In this document: piece by piece, positions 27,473 to 37,137 of the stretch
Layout: each line of letters starts with the position of its first letter
Numbering within the stretch: the stretch's first letter is position 1
NCBI RefSeq assembly: GCF_028368995.1
Contig: NZ_JAQNDL010000001.1
Location: 992,001-1,056,000, forward strand
DNA from: Nannocystis bainbridge
GTDB taxonomy: Bacteria > Myxococcota_A > Polyangia > Nannocystales > Nannocystaceae
Direction: 5' to 3'
Length of the DNA: 64,000 nt
Position numbers and translations under genes: made by a program
Notes under the pieces: model-generated
What the model saw: only the letters and a program-made list of their open reading frames with translations
What the model was told of the DNA's origin: nothing
The model's database searches: none

Positions 27473-27865
27473 TCACAGCAGCTTCCGCACCACCGGCCAC
27501 AGCGCCAGGATCAGCTCGACGATGAACACCACGCGCAGGCGACGAAACGCCGACGCGAGGTACTCCTGGTCGTCCTCGTCGGAGCCCGCGACCTTGCCGA
27601 TCGCCTCGCCCGCCTCGCGCAGCAGCATCCCCTGCCACACCGGCAGCGCGACGTAGATCACCCCCAACAACGCGACGAGCAGCAGGATCGGATGGGCCCC
27701 GCTCTGCACGACGAGGAGGAGCGCGAGCACCACGCCGATCCCGCCCAGCAACATCTGCAGCAGCCCGACGAGCCCCATCGCCGTGGCCAGCCGCTCCAGG
27801 CCGCGCTCCTCGGCCTCGTCGAACTCGACGCGCGCCACCCCGATCGGCTCGTCGGCATCATCCAT
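27473..27865 (-). CDS. Small membrane protein (DUF5362-like), probable paralog of the downstream gene
   Basis: EFDEAE...LATAMGLVGLLQ, three TM segments, LASAFRRLR. Confidence 0.7.
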   Translation of the reverse strand: MDDADEPIGVARVEFDEAEERGLERLATAMGLVGLLQMLLGGIGVVLALLLVVQSGAHPILLLVALLGVIYVALPVWQGMLLREAGEAIGKVAGSDEDDQEYLASAFRRLRVVFIVELILALWPVVRKLL

Positions 27866-27922
27866 CCCGCCGAGGCTAGCGGACCGCCGGGCGGCCGACA
27901 ACGCTCGCCCACGCGCGCTACA

Positions 27923-27949
27923 TGTCCTTCAAAACATGTCCTGCGGACA
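27923..27949. repeat. 14-bp palindrome pair (second unit 13 bp)
   Basis: TGTCCTTCAAAACA TGTCCTGCGGACA. Confidence 0.75.
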
Positions 27950-28017
27950 TCCATTCGCGGCGCCTGCCCGCGACGCCGCGGCCTACGCTGTTCAACGCCG
28001 GTTCGCGCGGGACCGGC

Positions 28018-29265
28018 TCACCGCCGCCGCTTGACCGGCTCGCTCGGGCGCGAATGGGTGATCGCCCCCGTGTCGCCGAGCCGGCGCTGGCTCCCGGCCT
28101 CGGCGGGGAACAGCGCCTGGTGGCCGTGACGCTCGCGCACGGCCGAGAGCACCGCCTGCAGGGCCGCGCTGCGCGGCGGTGGCTCGCTGACCGCCGCCGC
28201 CGCCAGCAGGTCGAGCTGGACCTCGCGCTCGGGCGCCTCGAATTGGCTCACGCTGACGCCGGTCAGGCGGAAGCCGCGGCCGTCGGTGTCGACCGCCTCG
28301 AGCAGGCGACAGGCGGCGCCGTGGATCTCGCGATAATCGTCGGTGCCCCGCGGCAGGGTCGTCTGGCGGGTCTCGGTGACAAAATCACCGTCGCGGATCT
28401 TGAGGCACACGCAGCGCGCCTTCAGGCCCTGGGCGACCAGCCGATCGGCCACGCGGGTCGCCTGCGACAGCAGGCTGCGGCGCAGCGCCGGCACACCGAC
28501 GATGTCGTCGGCGTAGGTGTCTTCGTGCCCGAGCGACTTGGCCGCGCGGTCGGGCACCACCGCGCGGTCGTCGAGCCCGAGGCTGAGCCGGTGCATGTGC
28601 AGCCCGTGCGCCCCGAACATCTCGACCAGCCGCGCCTCGCCGAGCCGCCGCAGATCGCCGACGGTCGCCACCCCGAGCCGGTGCAGCTTCTCCTGCGTGC
28701 GCGGCCCGACACCCCACAGCTCGCCGATCGGCAGCGGCGTCAGGAACTCGAGCTCGGTGCCCGCCGGGATCTCCGTCAACCCGTCGGGCTTGTTGGCCCC
28801 GCTGGCGATCTTGGCCAAAAACTTCACGCTCGCCAGCCCGACCGAGCACGTCAGCCCGACCTCCTCGTGGACCGCGACCCGCAGCGCCTCGGCCACCCCG
28901 CGCGGCGGCCCCCACAGCCGCTCGGTACCGGCCAGGTCGATGAACGCCTCGTCGATCGACAGCCCCTCGACCAGCGGCGAGAACCGCTCGAACACCGCGA
29001 ACACCGCCCGCGACACCTCGCTGTACAGCGCGTGCCGCGGCGGCACCACCACCGCCTGCGGGCACATCCGCAGCGCCACCGCCATCGGCTGGGCCGAGCG
29101 GCAGCCGAACTTGCGCGCCTCGTAGCTGGCCGCCGCCACCACCCCGCGCCGCCCGGCCCCGCCCACCAGCACCGGCTGCCCGCGCAGCCGCGGGTCCTCG
29201 CGCACCTCGACCGAGGCGAAGAACGCGTCCATGTCGACGTGCAGGATGGCCCGGTCGCCGCTCAC
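28018..29265 (-). CDS. dinB: DNA polymerase IV (Y family)
   Basis: ILHVDMDAFFASVE, AASYEARKFG, SIDEAFID, KFLAKIAS..NKPDG, LWGVG. Confidence 0.96.
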   Translation of the reverse strand: MSGDRAILHVDMDAFFASVEVREDPRLRGQPVLVGGAGRRGVVAAASYEARKFGCRSAQPMAVALRMCPQAVVVPPRHALYSEVSRAVFAVFERFSPLVEGLSIDEAFIDLAGTERLWGPPRGVAEALRVAVHEEVGLTCSVGLASVKFLAKIASGANKPDGLTEIPAGTELEFLTPLPIGELWGVGPRTQEKLHRLGVATVGDLRRLGEARLVEMFGAHGLHMHRLSLGLDDRAVVPDRAAKSLGHEDTYADDIVGVPALRRSLLSQATRVADRLVAQGLKARCVCLKIRDGDFVTETRQTTLPRGTDDYREIHGAACRLLEAVDTDGRGFRLTGVSVSQFEAPEREVQLDLLAAAAVSEPPPRSAALQAVLSAVRERHGHQALFPAEAGSQRRLGDTGAITHSRPSEPVKRRR

Positions 29266-29348
29266 GCGACCTCAGCCTAGCGCGCCCGCGCCCCTGCGTC
29301 ACGGCGCGCGAACGCGCGCATCGGCGCCTTCGCCGCCGCAATTCTGCA

Positions 29349-29515
29349 TGACCTTACGGACATGCTCCAATCGCCATGCCTCGATGGACATGACCTCAAG
29401 GGCATGTCCGGGCGACCATGTTCGCCCGCCACGGATCAGCTCGGCTCGCCGTCGAGCCCTGATACTGGTGACATGCTCCCGAGGACATGGCCGATCGGCC
29501 ATGTCCCGGGCGCCG
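29349..29515. repeat. Longest phased 14-bp palindrome array (about 12-unit register, 9-10 recognisable units), upstream of dinB
   Basis: Units start at 29349, 29363, 29377, 29391, 29405, 29419 (13 bp), then two decayed units, then 29460, 29474, 29488, 29502. Confidence 0.88.
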
Positions 29516-29524
29516 CCGAACGGC

Positions 29525-30487
29525 TCAGTCCGGCTTCGGCTCGACCTCGAGCTCCGGCAGCCCCTCGAGCTTGCGCTCGTCGCAGCTGCCCGACGGCGGC
29601 GGCGCGGGCACCAGCACCCGCAGGCTGCGGGGCACGCACTCAACGGTCACGGGCGTCTCGCCGACGTCTTCGCCGTCGACGAGCACCGGCTGCGGTGGGT
29701 CGGCGCGGATCGTCACGCGCTTGACCGGCAGGTAGCCGATGTCGTCGCGCGTCGCGGCGTTCTGGCTGAGCCCGGAGCGGTACAGGTGCAGCGCCGTGCC
29801 GATGCCGGACACCAGGCCGTCGAATGCGACCAGCGTGACGTCGAGCTGGCCGTCGTCGCCGCACACCGCCGTCGGCCCCTGCGCGAACAGGGTGTGCAGC
29901 GGCGCGAGGTTGGCCACCGCCACGTTGGTGAGCTTGCAGCGGATGACCTCGCTCTCCGTCTCGAGCTCGACCGCGAACGGCTCGAGCTCGGAGATCCGCT
30001 GCAGACCGGTGGCGATGTACGCCAGCAGGCCCCAGCGGTTCTTGGCCTCGCGCGTGGTCTCGCCGATCGCCGCGGCGTGGAAGCCCACCGAGGCGAACAG
30101 CAGCACCGCACGGCCCGCCGCGCGGGCGGTGTCGATCGCGTGCGGCTGACCCTTGCAGGCGTTCTCGAGCGCGCCCTCGAGGTCGAGCGGGATCGCCAGC
30201 GCGCGGGCGAAGCTGTTGGCAGTACCGCGCGGCAGCACGGCCAGCGGAATTTCGCCGCCGATCAGCCGCGACGCCACCAGCGAGACCGTACCGTCGCCGC
30301 CGGCCGCGATCACGACGCTCGGCTCGCTGGCCAGCGCCGCCGCGGCGCAGGCGTCCGCGTCGCGCTCGGGGCTGGTCTCGAACACCGTGAGCTCGTACGT
30401 CTGCTCCAGCGCGGCGACGACCTCGGGCAGCTCGTCGCGGGCCACGCCAGACACGGGATTCCACACCAGGGCGGCGCGCGGCTTCAC
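29525..30487 (-). CDS. Diacylglycerol/lipid kinase, YegS/BmrU family
   Basis: NPVSG, AAGGDGTV, LPRGTAN.FAR.L.IP, VDGE. Confidence 0.92.
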   Translation of the reverse strand: MKPRAALVWNPVSGVARDELPEVVAALEQTYELTVFETSPERDADACAAAALASEPSVVIAAGGDGTVSLVASRLIGGEIPLAVLPRGTANSFARALAIPLDLEGALENACKGQPHAIDTARAAGRAVLLFASVGFHAAAIGETTREAKNRWGLLAYIATGLQRISELEPFAVELETESEVIRCKLTNVAVANLAPLHTLFAQGPTAVCGDDGQLDVTLVAFDGLVSGIGTALHLYRSGLSQNAATRDDIGYLPVKRVTIRADPPQPVLVDGEDVGETPVTVECVPRSLRVLVPAPPPSGSCDERKLEGLPELEVEPKPD

Positions 30488-30629
30488 GAACTCCTCCCGC
30501 GCGCGACGACACGAGCGTCCTGCGCACGCCGCTCGCCCGGTGAATCATGGAGGTCGAGGCGAGGGAGCACGGGCCGCGTCGTCCGCGGCGTAGCGGTGTT
30601 CATCCCCGGAGTGTGCCACGCTTCCCCGC

Positions 30630-31253
30630 GTGAGCGGCGACCTCGACATCGACGCGCTCCTGGCCGAACACGGGCTGCGTAGCGGCGAAGCGCGCGAACT
30701 GGGCCGCGCCGCGCTCGAGGGCGCCGGGCTCACCCGCCCCGGCAAGCGCAACCTGGCCGCCGGCAAACGCCCGCGGGTCGAGGAGGTCATCGCCGCCCAG
30801 TTCGTCCGCACATGCGCGCGACCTCACTGTCGCGAGGCCGCCGCGGGCGACGGCCGGATCGTCGTCGACCTCGACGCGCCCGCGGCCCGCCTGTGCGAGT
30901 TCTGCGGCGGCTCGACCAACCGCAGCGCGTGGGAGCGAGCCCTCGTCGCCATGGCCCGGCGCGACTGGCATCGCCTCGTCGTCGTCGGCGGCTCGCCCCC
31001 GCTCCACCACGAGCTGCGGGCGCTCGTCGGCGGCCGCATCGATCTCCGGCTCGTCGACGGCACCGCCCGCCGCACCGCCCACGACGCCGCGCACGACCTC
31101 GCCTGGGCCGATCGCATCGTCGTCTGGGGCGCCACCCTGCTCGACCACAAGGTCTCGCAGCTCTACACCGATCGCCGCTCGCCCAAGGTCGTCACCGTCG
31201 CCAAGCGCGGGCTCACGGCGCTGGCCGAGACGATCATCAAGACCGCCGAGTGA
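30630..31253 (+). CDS. Hypothetical protein with putative Zn-binding Cys pairs and DUF2325-like C-terminus
   Basis: CARPHC and CEFC; LVVVGG...AD.IVVW..T.LDH. Confidence 0.7.
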   Translation: MSGDLDIDALLAEHGLRSGEARELGRAALEGAGLTRPGKRNLAAGKRPRVEEVIAAQFVRTCARPHCREAAAGDGRIVVDLDAPAARLCEFCGGSTNRSAWERALVAMARRDWHRLVVVGGSPPLHHELRALVGGRIDLRLVDGTARRTAHDAAHDLAWADRIVVWGATLLDHKVSQLYTDRRSPKVVTVAKRGLTALAETIIKTAE

Positions 31254-31374
31254 GCCGGCCCGGCGTGGGCCCGCACTTGTTGCCCCATACAGAGCCCGGA
31301 CCGCTCAGGTCGACGAAGCGCCCCTCCGATGTCGCACGCCCTCGGCGTGATGGGCCGTCCCGAGCGGCACGGCA

Positions 31375-31444
31375 TGACCATCACGACATGTCCGAAAGAA
31401 CATGCTCATTCGAACATCATCTTTATGACATGTTCGTGCGGCCA
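31375..31444. repeat. Phased 14-bp palindrome array, 5 units (AT-rich variants)
   Basis: TGACCATCACGACA TGTCCGAAAGAACA TGCTCATTCGAACA TCATCTTTATGACA TGTTCGTGCGGCCA; between convergent genes. Confidence 0.88.
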
Positions 31445-31476
31445 GCGACCGGGCTCCGGCCGATCCTTCGCCGCGG

Positions 31477-32823
31477 CTACGGCGAGAACACGGCCAGCCA
31501 CAGATCGCTGACCTGCGTCTCCGAAGCCATGCTGCCGCCGGCGACGATCCGGTCGCCGGCGCCGATCGCCACCGCGTAGCCGATGTCGGTCCCGAAGCCG
31601 CCGTCGATGTCCTTGCCCCACCGCAGCTCGCCCTCCGGCGAGAACTTGCAAAGGCGAATGTTAAGGCCGGTCGCGCCGGGGCCGTCGCCGATGGCGACCA
31701 CGTCGCCCTGGCTGTCGACCGCGATGTCGCGGCCGTACGTGCCCGTGCACGCGTCGCTCGACCACACCCCGGCGCCCGTGCTCGTCACCCGGCGCACCGT
31801 CATCGCCTCGCCGACCCTGCCGGCGAGCGCCAGGTCGCCTCCCGGTTCACGCGCGAGCGCCTGGATCACCGCGTTCTCGCCGGCGTACTCGAGCGTCCAG
31901 CTCGGGTCGCCACCGCCGCCGACCGGGAACGCGACGAGCAACCCCGGGCTCGTCCCGTCGAGGGGCCGCGACCAGCCGAGCACCGCGTGCTCCGGCGTCA
32001 CCACCAGCCCGGGGCCCAGGGGCCAGATCTTGCTCTGGATGCCCAGCGAGAAGCCGCTGGTCCACAGCGCGATCCCGTCGGCGGCATAGCGCCGGGCCCA
32101 CAGCTCATGGAGGCCGTCCTCGCCGACCACGAAGCCGGAGACGATCAGCTCGTCCTCGCCGACGATCGCAACGTCGGTGAGATAGTCCTCGCCGAGGCCG
32201 CTGCCGAGGGTGTCCTCCCACACCACCGCGCCCGAGGGATCGAGGCGCGCCAGCCAGACGTCGTGGGCGTCATCGTCGGTGGCAAATCCGCCCGCGGCGT
32301 AGATGCCGCCAGCGAACGTCGCCACGCCGGTGACGAGCCCGAATTCTGCGCCGTAGGACTGCGACCACTGCGGCTCGAGCGTATCGCTGAAGCGACCGAC
32401 CCAGCGGGTGAACCCGGGATCGAGCCCGCCGGCGACGATGCTGCCGTCGGCGTCCACCGCCAGCGCGTTCACCACGTCCGAACCGCGGGTGGGCGGGCGA
32501 AGCTCGACCAACAGTTGGCCCGACGGCTGACAATCGTTGTTGCAGCCGTCGCCGTTGAGGTCGTTGCCGTCGTCGCACGCCTCGCCTTCGTCGAGGTCGC
32601 CGTCAGGGCACGGCGCCGCCGGTTCGGTCGTCGCCGCCGTCCCGGTCGGCTCGTCCGTCGTCGTCGTCGTCGTCGGACCCGGCCCGGCCGTCTCCGGCTC
32701 GAGGGTCGTCCCCGTCGTCTGCGGCTCGTCGCCCGACGCAGTCTCCGGCTCTGGCGCCTCCGGCCCCGCCGGGCACGCGCTCAGCACCCACAAGATACCC
32801 AAACTCGCATGAATCACTCTCAT
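31477..32823 (-). CDS. Lipoprotein with myxococcal Cys-rich repeat (DUF4215-like) and beta-propeller repeats
   Basis: VLSAC lipobox; GEACDDGNDLNGDGCNNDC; repeated A(L/I)AVD..G.(I/V)VAGG. Confidence 0.85.
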   Translation of the reverse strand: MRVIHASLGILWVLSACPAGPEAPEPETASGDEPQTTGTTLEPETAGPGPTTTTTTDEPTGTAATTEPAAPCPDGDLDEGEACDDGNDLNGDGCNNDCQPSGQLLVELRPPTRGSDVVNALAVDADGSIVAGGLDPGFTRWVGRFSDTLEPQWSQSYGAEFGLVTGVATFAGGIYAAGGFATDDDAHDVWLARLDPSGAVVWEDTLGSGLGEDYLTDVAIVGEDELIVSGFVVGEDGLHELWARRYAADGIALWTSGFSLGIQSKIWPLGPGLVVTPEHAVLGWSRPLDGTSPGLLVAFPVGGGGDPSWTLEYAGENAVIQALAREPGGDLALAGRVGEAMTVRRVTSTGAGVWSSDACTGTYGRDIAVDSQGDVVAIGDGPGATGLNIRLCKFSPEGELRWGKDIDGGFGTDIGYAVAIGAGDRIVAGGSMASETQVSDLWLAVFSP

Positions 32824-32900
32824 GATCGATCGACCTCCAATGAACAACATGCATTGCACACACCGCCCAATGCGGCGTGCTCCTCGACTCGTTACTTCGC

Positions 32901-35900
32901 TTACTCGGTGCGCGCCATCAGCCAGCGCGTCAGACCATCTCTGTCTCTCGGGACATCCGCGGCCCGGCCCAGCGCCTCTGTGAACGGCCCGGGGGCGTCC
33001 CCACGGGTCGGCGCCAGCAGGCCCAGGCCGAGCGACCTGACGTGGAGCTCCTGCTGCAGCACGACGATCTCGCCGAGCACGAGGTCGAGCCGCAGCACCG
33101 AGTCGTCGACGTCGTGGATCAGCAGCTCGTCCTCGGCGACGAACGCGAGCTCCTGGGCCCCTGCGGGCAGCAGGTGCTCGCGGCCCGGGTCGTCCGCGCC
33201 CGCGAGCACCTGCACCCCGTAGCCCGCGGTCGTCACCGCCACGAGCGCGCCGCTCGGGCTGAACGCCAGGCGAGGGTACGGCTCCAATAGCAGCGACCGG
33301 CGCGTCACCACGCCGTCCTCGTAGAACGCCAGGGTGTCCGTCCCCTGCAGCGCGATCGCGGCTGCCGAACCGCGCGGGTCGAGGGCCACGATCGGCGGGG
33401 TTCCGCTTCGCACGCCACGCACGCCGCCGATCAGCACCGGCGCGCCGTCGCCGACGTGCAGGCCGAACACCATGTCCGAGCTCGTGTGCGCGATCAGGTC
33501 GGTGCCCGTCGCGGTGGCCCACAGCTGCAGGACCTCACCGTCGAGCTGCCAGCGCGCCGGCGGGCCCGCGCCGGTGAACGCGAGCACGGTGCCGTCGGCC
33601 AATCCGAGCGCGTACGTGTCCCCCGACTCGGCCAGCGCGACCGCCCGGACCGGGTCATCGGCGGCGATGATCGAGCCGACGCCGTCGCCCTCGATCAGGC
33701 AGGCGCCACGCTCGCGGCCGACGATCAGCGCCCGGCCGCGGCCGTCGCAGGCCCGACGTGACGGCCGCCCATAGTCTTGGACCAGATCGAGCTGCAGGGG
33801 ACACATCACGCGGCTGCGGCGGCCGTCGCGGATCCGCACGAGCTCGGGCTCGCCGCGGCCCCCGAGCGAGACGGCGATGGCGTGGCTGTCGTCGGGCGCA
33901 GCCGCGAGCCACCTGTCCTTCCGGACATGTGGTAAAGGCTCGGGCCGCCACCACCATAGATCACGGCCCCGCGTGCCGACGAACCCCCCGTCAGTCGTGA
34001 ACGCGCCGCGCTCGTGCTCGCCGCCGGCCAGCGCGCGGAAGATCCGCCCGCTCTCCACCGACCACAACAACCAGCGACCGTCATAGCGGCTCGCAAACCG
34101 ATCGCCGGCGTCGGCCACCGTGAGCTCGCTCTGGCTCTCGGCGAACGCCTGCCGCTGCGCGAAGGAGCGGTAAAGGTCGGTCTCCCACAGCGACTCCCCT
34201 GACTCGAGATCGATCCGCACCAGCTGCGGCTCGTCCATGCTCGGGGGGAGGTCCGGCCGCTTGCGCAGCACGAGCGCCCGATCGTCGCGCGAGATCGCCA
34301 GCGGGCGGCCTTCGAGCGGCCGCGTGGTGCCGTCGCGCAGAGACAGCGCCTTGCCGGGCTCGAGCAGCCACAGCCCGCTGGGCGCGAACATCGTCGGAAT
34401 GCGCAGGTCAGGGAGCGGTGTGATCTCGTCGCCCGTCACCAGGAGGGCCGTCTGCTGCACACCGCTGACGGCGATCGAGCGCCCATCGGGGCTCATCGCG
34501 GCCCGGAGGGACCGCGGGAACGGCAGCGCGGTCATCGGCGCCGGCCGCATCGTCAGGTCCCAGGTGTAGGCCGCCGCCGGGTCGAGCCACCCGAGTCCCA
34601 TCACCCCGAGCGACGCCAGGGTCTCGCCGCCCCGCGACATCTCCCATCGGTGCGACGTGAGCCCGGCGCCGATCGGCAGCGACGACAGATCGATCGCCTC
34701 CGGCGCCTCCTCGCCGCGGACGATCACGCCGTGCGATCCGGCCAGCGCCGCCCACACGGGCGCCTCGGCGGCGGCGACCACCGAGCCGAACGGCGCCGCC
34801 AGATCGATCACCGATTCGCCGCGACCTGTCCCCAAGTTCCAGCGCCGCACGACCCCGCCGCCGTCGATGCTCACGAGCCCGCCGTCGGCCAGCGGCGCCA
34901 CGCGCTCGACCCGCCGCGCGTGCCCGCGGAGCACCCGATCCGGCGCGCCGCGGACGATCGCCGCGACGGCGACGGCGCGGGCCCTCCGAAGGTCGAGCGG
35001 ATCGCTCAGGTCGACCTCTCGCAACAGTCGCAGCGCCTCGGCCGGATCGTCGTCGAGGCCGCCGCGCGCCTGCGCCAGCACCGCGTCGTTGGCTCGCCGC
35101 CGCGCCTCGGCCTCGGCTGCCTCCGCGCGCGACCTGGCGGCCTCGAGCCCGCGCACGTACACGATCGACCCCGCCGCCACGGCCACCAGCACCGCCGCGG
35201 CCGCCGTCACCGCGACGCGATGACGCCTGAGCCACAAGCGCAGCAGCTCGCCCGCCTGATAGCGGTGCGCGTCGACCAGCCGCCCGGCCGCGAACCGCCG
35301 CAGATCGTCGGCCAGCGCCGCCGCCCCGGGATAGCGATCACCTGGCCGCGGGGACATGGCCTTTTGTGCGATCGCCACCAGCTCGCGCGGCGCCTCGGCG
35401 GCCAGCGGACGCAGGTCCTCGACCTCCTCGGCGAGCAGGCGCTCCAGCAGCTGCGACGCCTCCAGCGACGCGTGCGGCGGGCGCCCGGCCAGCACGTGGA
35501 ACAGCACCGCGCCGAGCGCATAGACATCGGTGCGAGCATCGACCGTCGCGCCGCGGGCCTGCTCCGGCGGCATGTAGCGCAGCGTGCCGACGACCGCCCC
35601 GACGCCCGTCGCGTCGCCCGCCGCGGCTGCGCCCTCGCCCGCCGACTCGCCGGGCTGCGCCGCTCGGGTGTCCTTGGCCAGGCCCCAGTCGATCACCACC
35701 GTCTCGCCGTGCGGGCCGATCAGGATGTTGCTCGGCTTGAGGTCGCGGTGGACCACCCCGTGCTGGTGCGCGTACGCGATCGCGTCGGCGGCCGCGAGCA
35801 CGTGCGCCACCAGGCCGATGCGCCCGCGCAGGCTCGGCTCGTCGGCGATCACCCGCGCCAGCGACTCGCCCTCGACCAGCTTCATGCAGTAATAGGGCTC

Positions 35901-36317
35901 GCCGTCGGCGAAGGAGCCCACGTCGTGCAGCGGCACGATCCCCGGGTGCTGCAGCCGCGCCGTGATGCGGGCCTCGAGCGCGAACCGCCGCGCCGCCTCC
36001 GGGTCGCGCCGCCGCAGCGTCTTGATCGCCACCGTGCGTCCCAGATGGCGATCGTATGCGCGCCGGATCACCCCCAACCCGCCGGCCGCGAACACCTCGC
36101 CGATCGCGTAGCGCTCGTCGCCCTCCGGCCCGTCCGCCGCCTCGGACGCGTCACTCAGGCGATCGACGCGCGCCAGCAGCCGCGCCCGTGCTTCGCGGAT
36201 CGCCGTCGAGGGCGCGGGGTCGGGGTGGAGTGCGAGCGCGGGCACGTCGGATGGGGCCTCGCTGGACATGTGCCGCGACGGCGGCTCGTGATCCCCGCCC
36301 CCCGATCTTTTTTTCAC
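32901..36317 (-). CDS. Ser/Thr protein kinase with TM segment and WD40-like propeller
   Basis: VAIK, ARLQHPGIV, HRDLKPSN, DWGLAK, GTLRYMPPEQ, DVYALG; VLRGH repeat; GTGA overlap with the sigma gene. Confidence 0.92.
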   Translation of the reverse strand: MKKRSGGGDHEPPSRHMSSEAPSDVPALALHPDPAPSTAIREARARLLARVDRLSDASEAADGPEGDERYAIGEVFAAGGLGVIRRAYDRHLGRTVAIKTLRRRDPEAARRFALEARITARLQHPGIVPLHDVGSFADGEPYYCMKLVEGESLARVIADEPSLRGRIGLVAHVLAAADAIAYAHQHGVVHRDLKPSNILIGPHGETVVIDWGLAKDTRAAQPGESAGEGAAAAGDATGVGAVVGTLRYMPPEQARGATVDARTDVYALGAVLFHVLAGRPPHASLEASQLLERLLAEEVEDLRPLAAEAPRELVAIAQKAMSPRPGDRYPGAAALADDLRRFAAGRLVDAHRYQAGELLRLWLRRHRVAVTAAAAVLVAVAAGSIVYVRGLEAARSRAEAAEAEARRRANDAVLAQARGGLDDDPAEALRLLREVDLSDPLDLRRARAVAVAAIVRGAPDRVLRGHARRVERVAPLADGGLVSIDGGGVVRRWNLGTGRGESVIDLAAPFGSVVAAAEAPVWAALAGSHGVIVRGEEAPEAIDLSSLPIGAGLTSHRWEMSRGGETLASLGVMGLGWLDPAAAYTWDLTMRPAPMTALPFPRSLRAAMSPDGRSIAVSGVQQTALLVTGDEITPLPDLRIPTMFAPSGLWLLEPGKALSLRDGTTRPLEGRPLAISRDDRALVLRKRPDLPPSMDEPQLVRIDLESGESLWETDLYRSFAQRQAFAESQSELTVADAGDRFASRYDGRWLLWSVESGRIFRALAGGEHERGAFTTDGGFVGTRGRDLWWWRPEPLPHVRKDRWLAAAPDDSHAIAVSLGGRGEPELVRIRDGRRSRVMCPLQLDLVQDYGRPSRRACDGRGRALIVGRERGACLIEGDGVGSIIAADDPVRAVALAESGDTYALGLADGTVLAFTGAGPPARWQLDGEVLQLWATATGTDLIAHTSSDMVFGLHVGDGAPVLIGGVRGVRSGTPPIVALDPRGSAAAIALQGTDTLAFYEDGVVTRRSLLLEPYPRLAFSPSGALVAVTTAGYGVQVLAGADDPGREHLLPAGAQELAFVAEDELLIHDVDDSVLRLDLVLGEIVVLQQELHVRSLGLGLLAPTRGDAPGPFTEALGRAADVPRDRDGLTRWLMARTE

Positions 36318-36943
36318 GCGCCCTCGACCCGCACCCGGCCGAAGCGGGCCTCGATGTCGGCGCGGATGCTGGCCAGGCAGCTGTCGAGGTCACGCAGCGC
36401 CGGCGCGTGCGAGGTCCCGGCCGCCAGCGCGTCCACTGCGGCCCGCAGGCGGCCGCGCGCGCGTTGCAGCCGGCGCGCCACCGTCGGTTGCGGCACCTTG
36501 AACAGCGCTGCCAGCTCCGCCTGCGCCAGCCCCTCCCAGTCCTTGAGCTCGATGAGGATCTGGTCGTCGAGGTCGAGCCCGCGCAGCGCCGTCGCCACCA
36601 GCCGCAGCGTCTCTTGCTGGGCCAGCGTCCCGCTCGGCGACGGATCGGCCGCCGGCAATGCGCTGTCGTCGATCGCCTCGAAGCGGCGCTCGCGGCGGCT
36701 CCAGCCCATCAGGACGAAGCGGGCCACCCCGAGCAAGTAGGCGCGGAACGAGCCCTCGCCGCGGAACCCCTCCTGCCGCCGGCACAGCGTCTCGAACGTC
36801 TTCTGCGCCAGGTCCTCGCACACCGGCGGCGGCGCCTTGCCGTGGAAGAACCGGAACACCGCCGCGTAGTGGCGCTCGATCAGCGCCTGCCCGGCCTCGC
36901 GCCGCCCCGCCCGCCAGCTCGTCAGCAGCGCGTCGTCATCCAC
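36314..36943 (-). CDS. ECF RNA polymerase sigma factor (kinase-associated)
   Basis: DDALL..WRAG...AG..L.ERHY, EDLAQ.TF, SFRAYL.G.AR; region 4 HTH TVARRLQRAR..L. Confidence 0.92.
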   Translation of the reverse strand: MDDDALLTSWRAGRREAGQALIERHYAAVFRFFHGKAPPPVCEDLAQKTFETLCRRQEGFRGEGSFRAYLLGVARFVLMGWSRRERRFEAIDDSALPAADPSPSGTLAQQETLRLVATALRGLDLDDQILIELKDWEGLAQAELAALFKVPQPTVARRLQRARGRLRAAVDALAAGTSHAPALRDLDSCLASIRADIEARFGRVRVEGA

Positions 36944-37007
36944 CCCAGCACGATCGCAAGCCGCCCGGGGCCGGTCAAGCGCGCGCCTCGCTCACCGCAC
37001 GAAACCG

Positions 37008-37091
37008 CGCCCAACGGGACATGTCCGCCTCGACATGCTCCGAAGCACATGCCCGATGAGACATGCCCCTTACGACATGTCCTTCGCGCCA
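37008..37091. repeat. Phased 14-bp palindrome array, 6 units, upstream of the ECF sigma gene
   Basis: CGCCCAACGGGACA TGTCCGCCTCGACA TGCTCCGAAGCACA TGCCCGATGAGACA TGCCCCTTACGACA TGTCCTTCGCGCCA. Confidence 0.92.
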
Positions 37092-37137
37092 TCACGGCGA
37101 AGCTTCTTCGCCGCCCGTGCCCGCGGCGCTCGACGTC

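Noticed and set aside
22880-37091. 14-bp arrays as CRISPR arrays
   Set aside because: Period is only 14 bp with 4-nt variable cores, repeats are degenerate, and there are no cas genes
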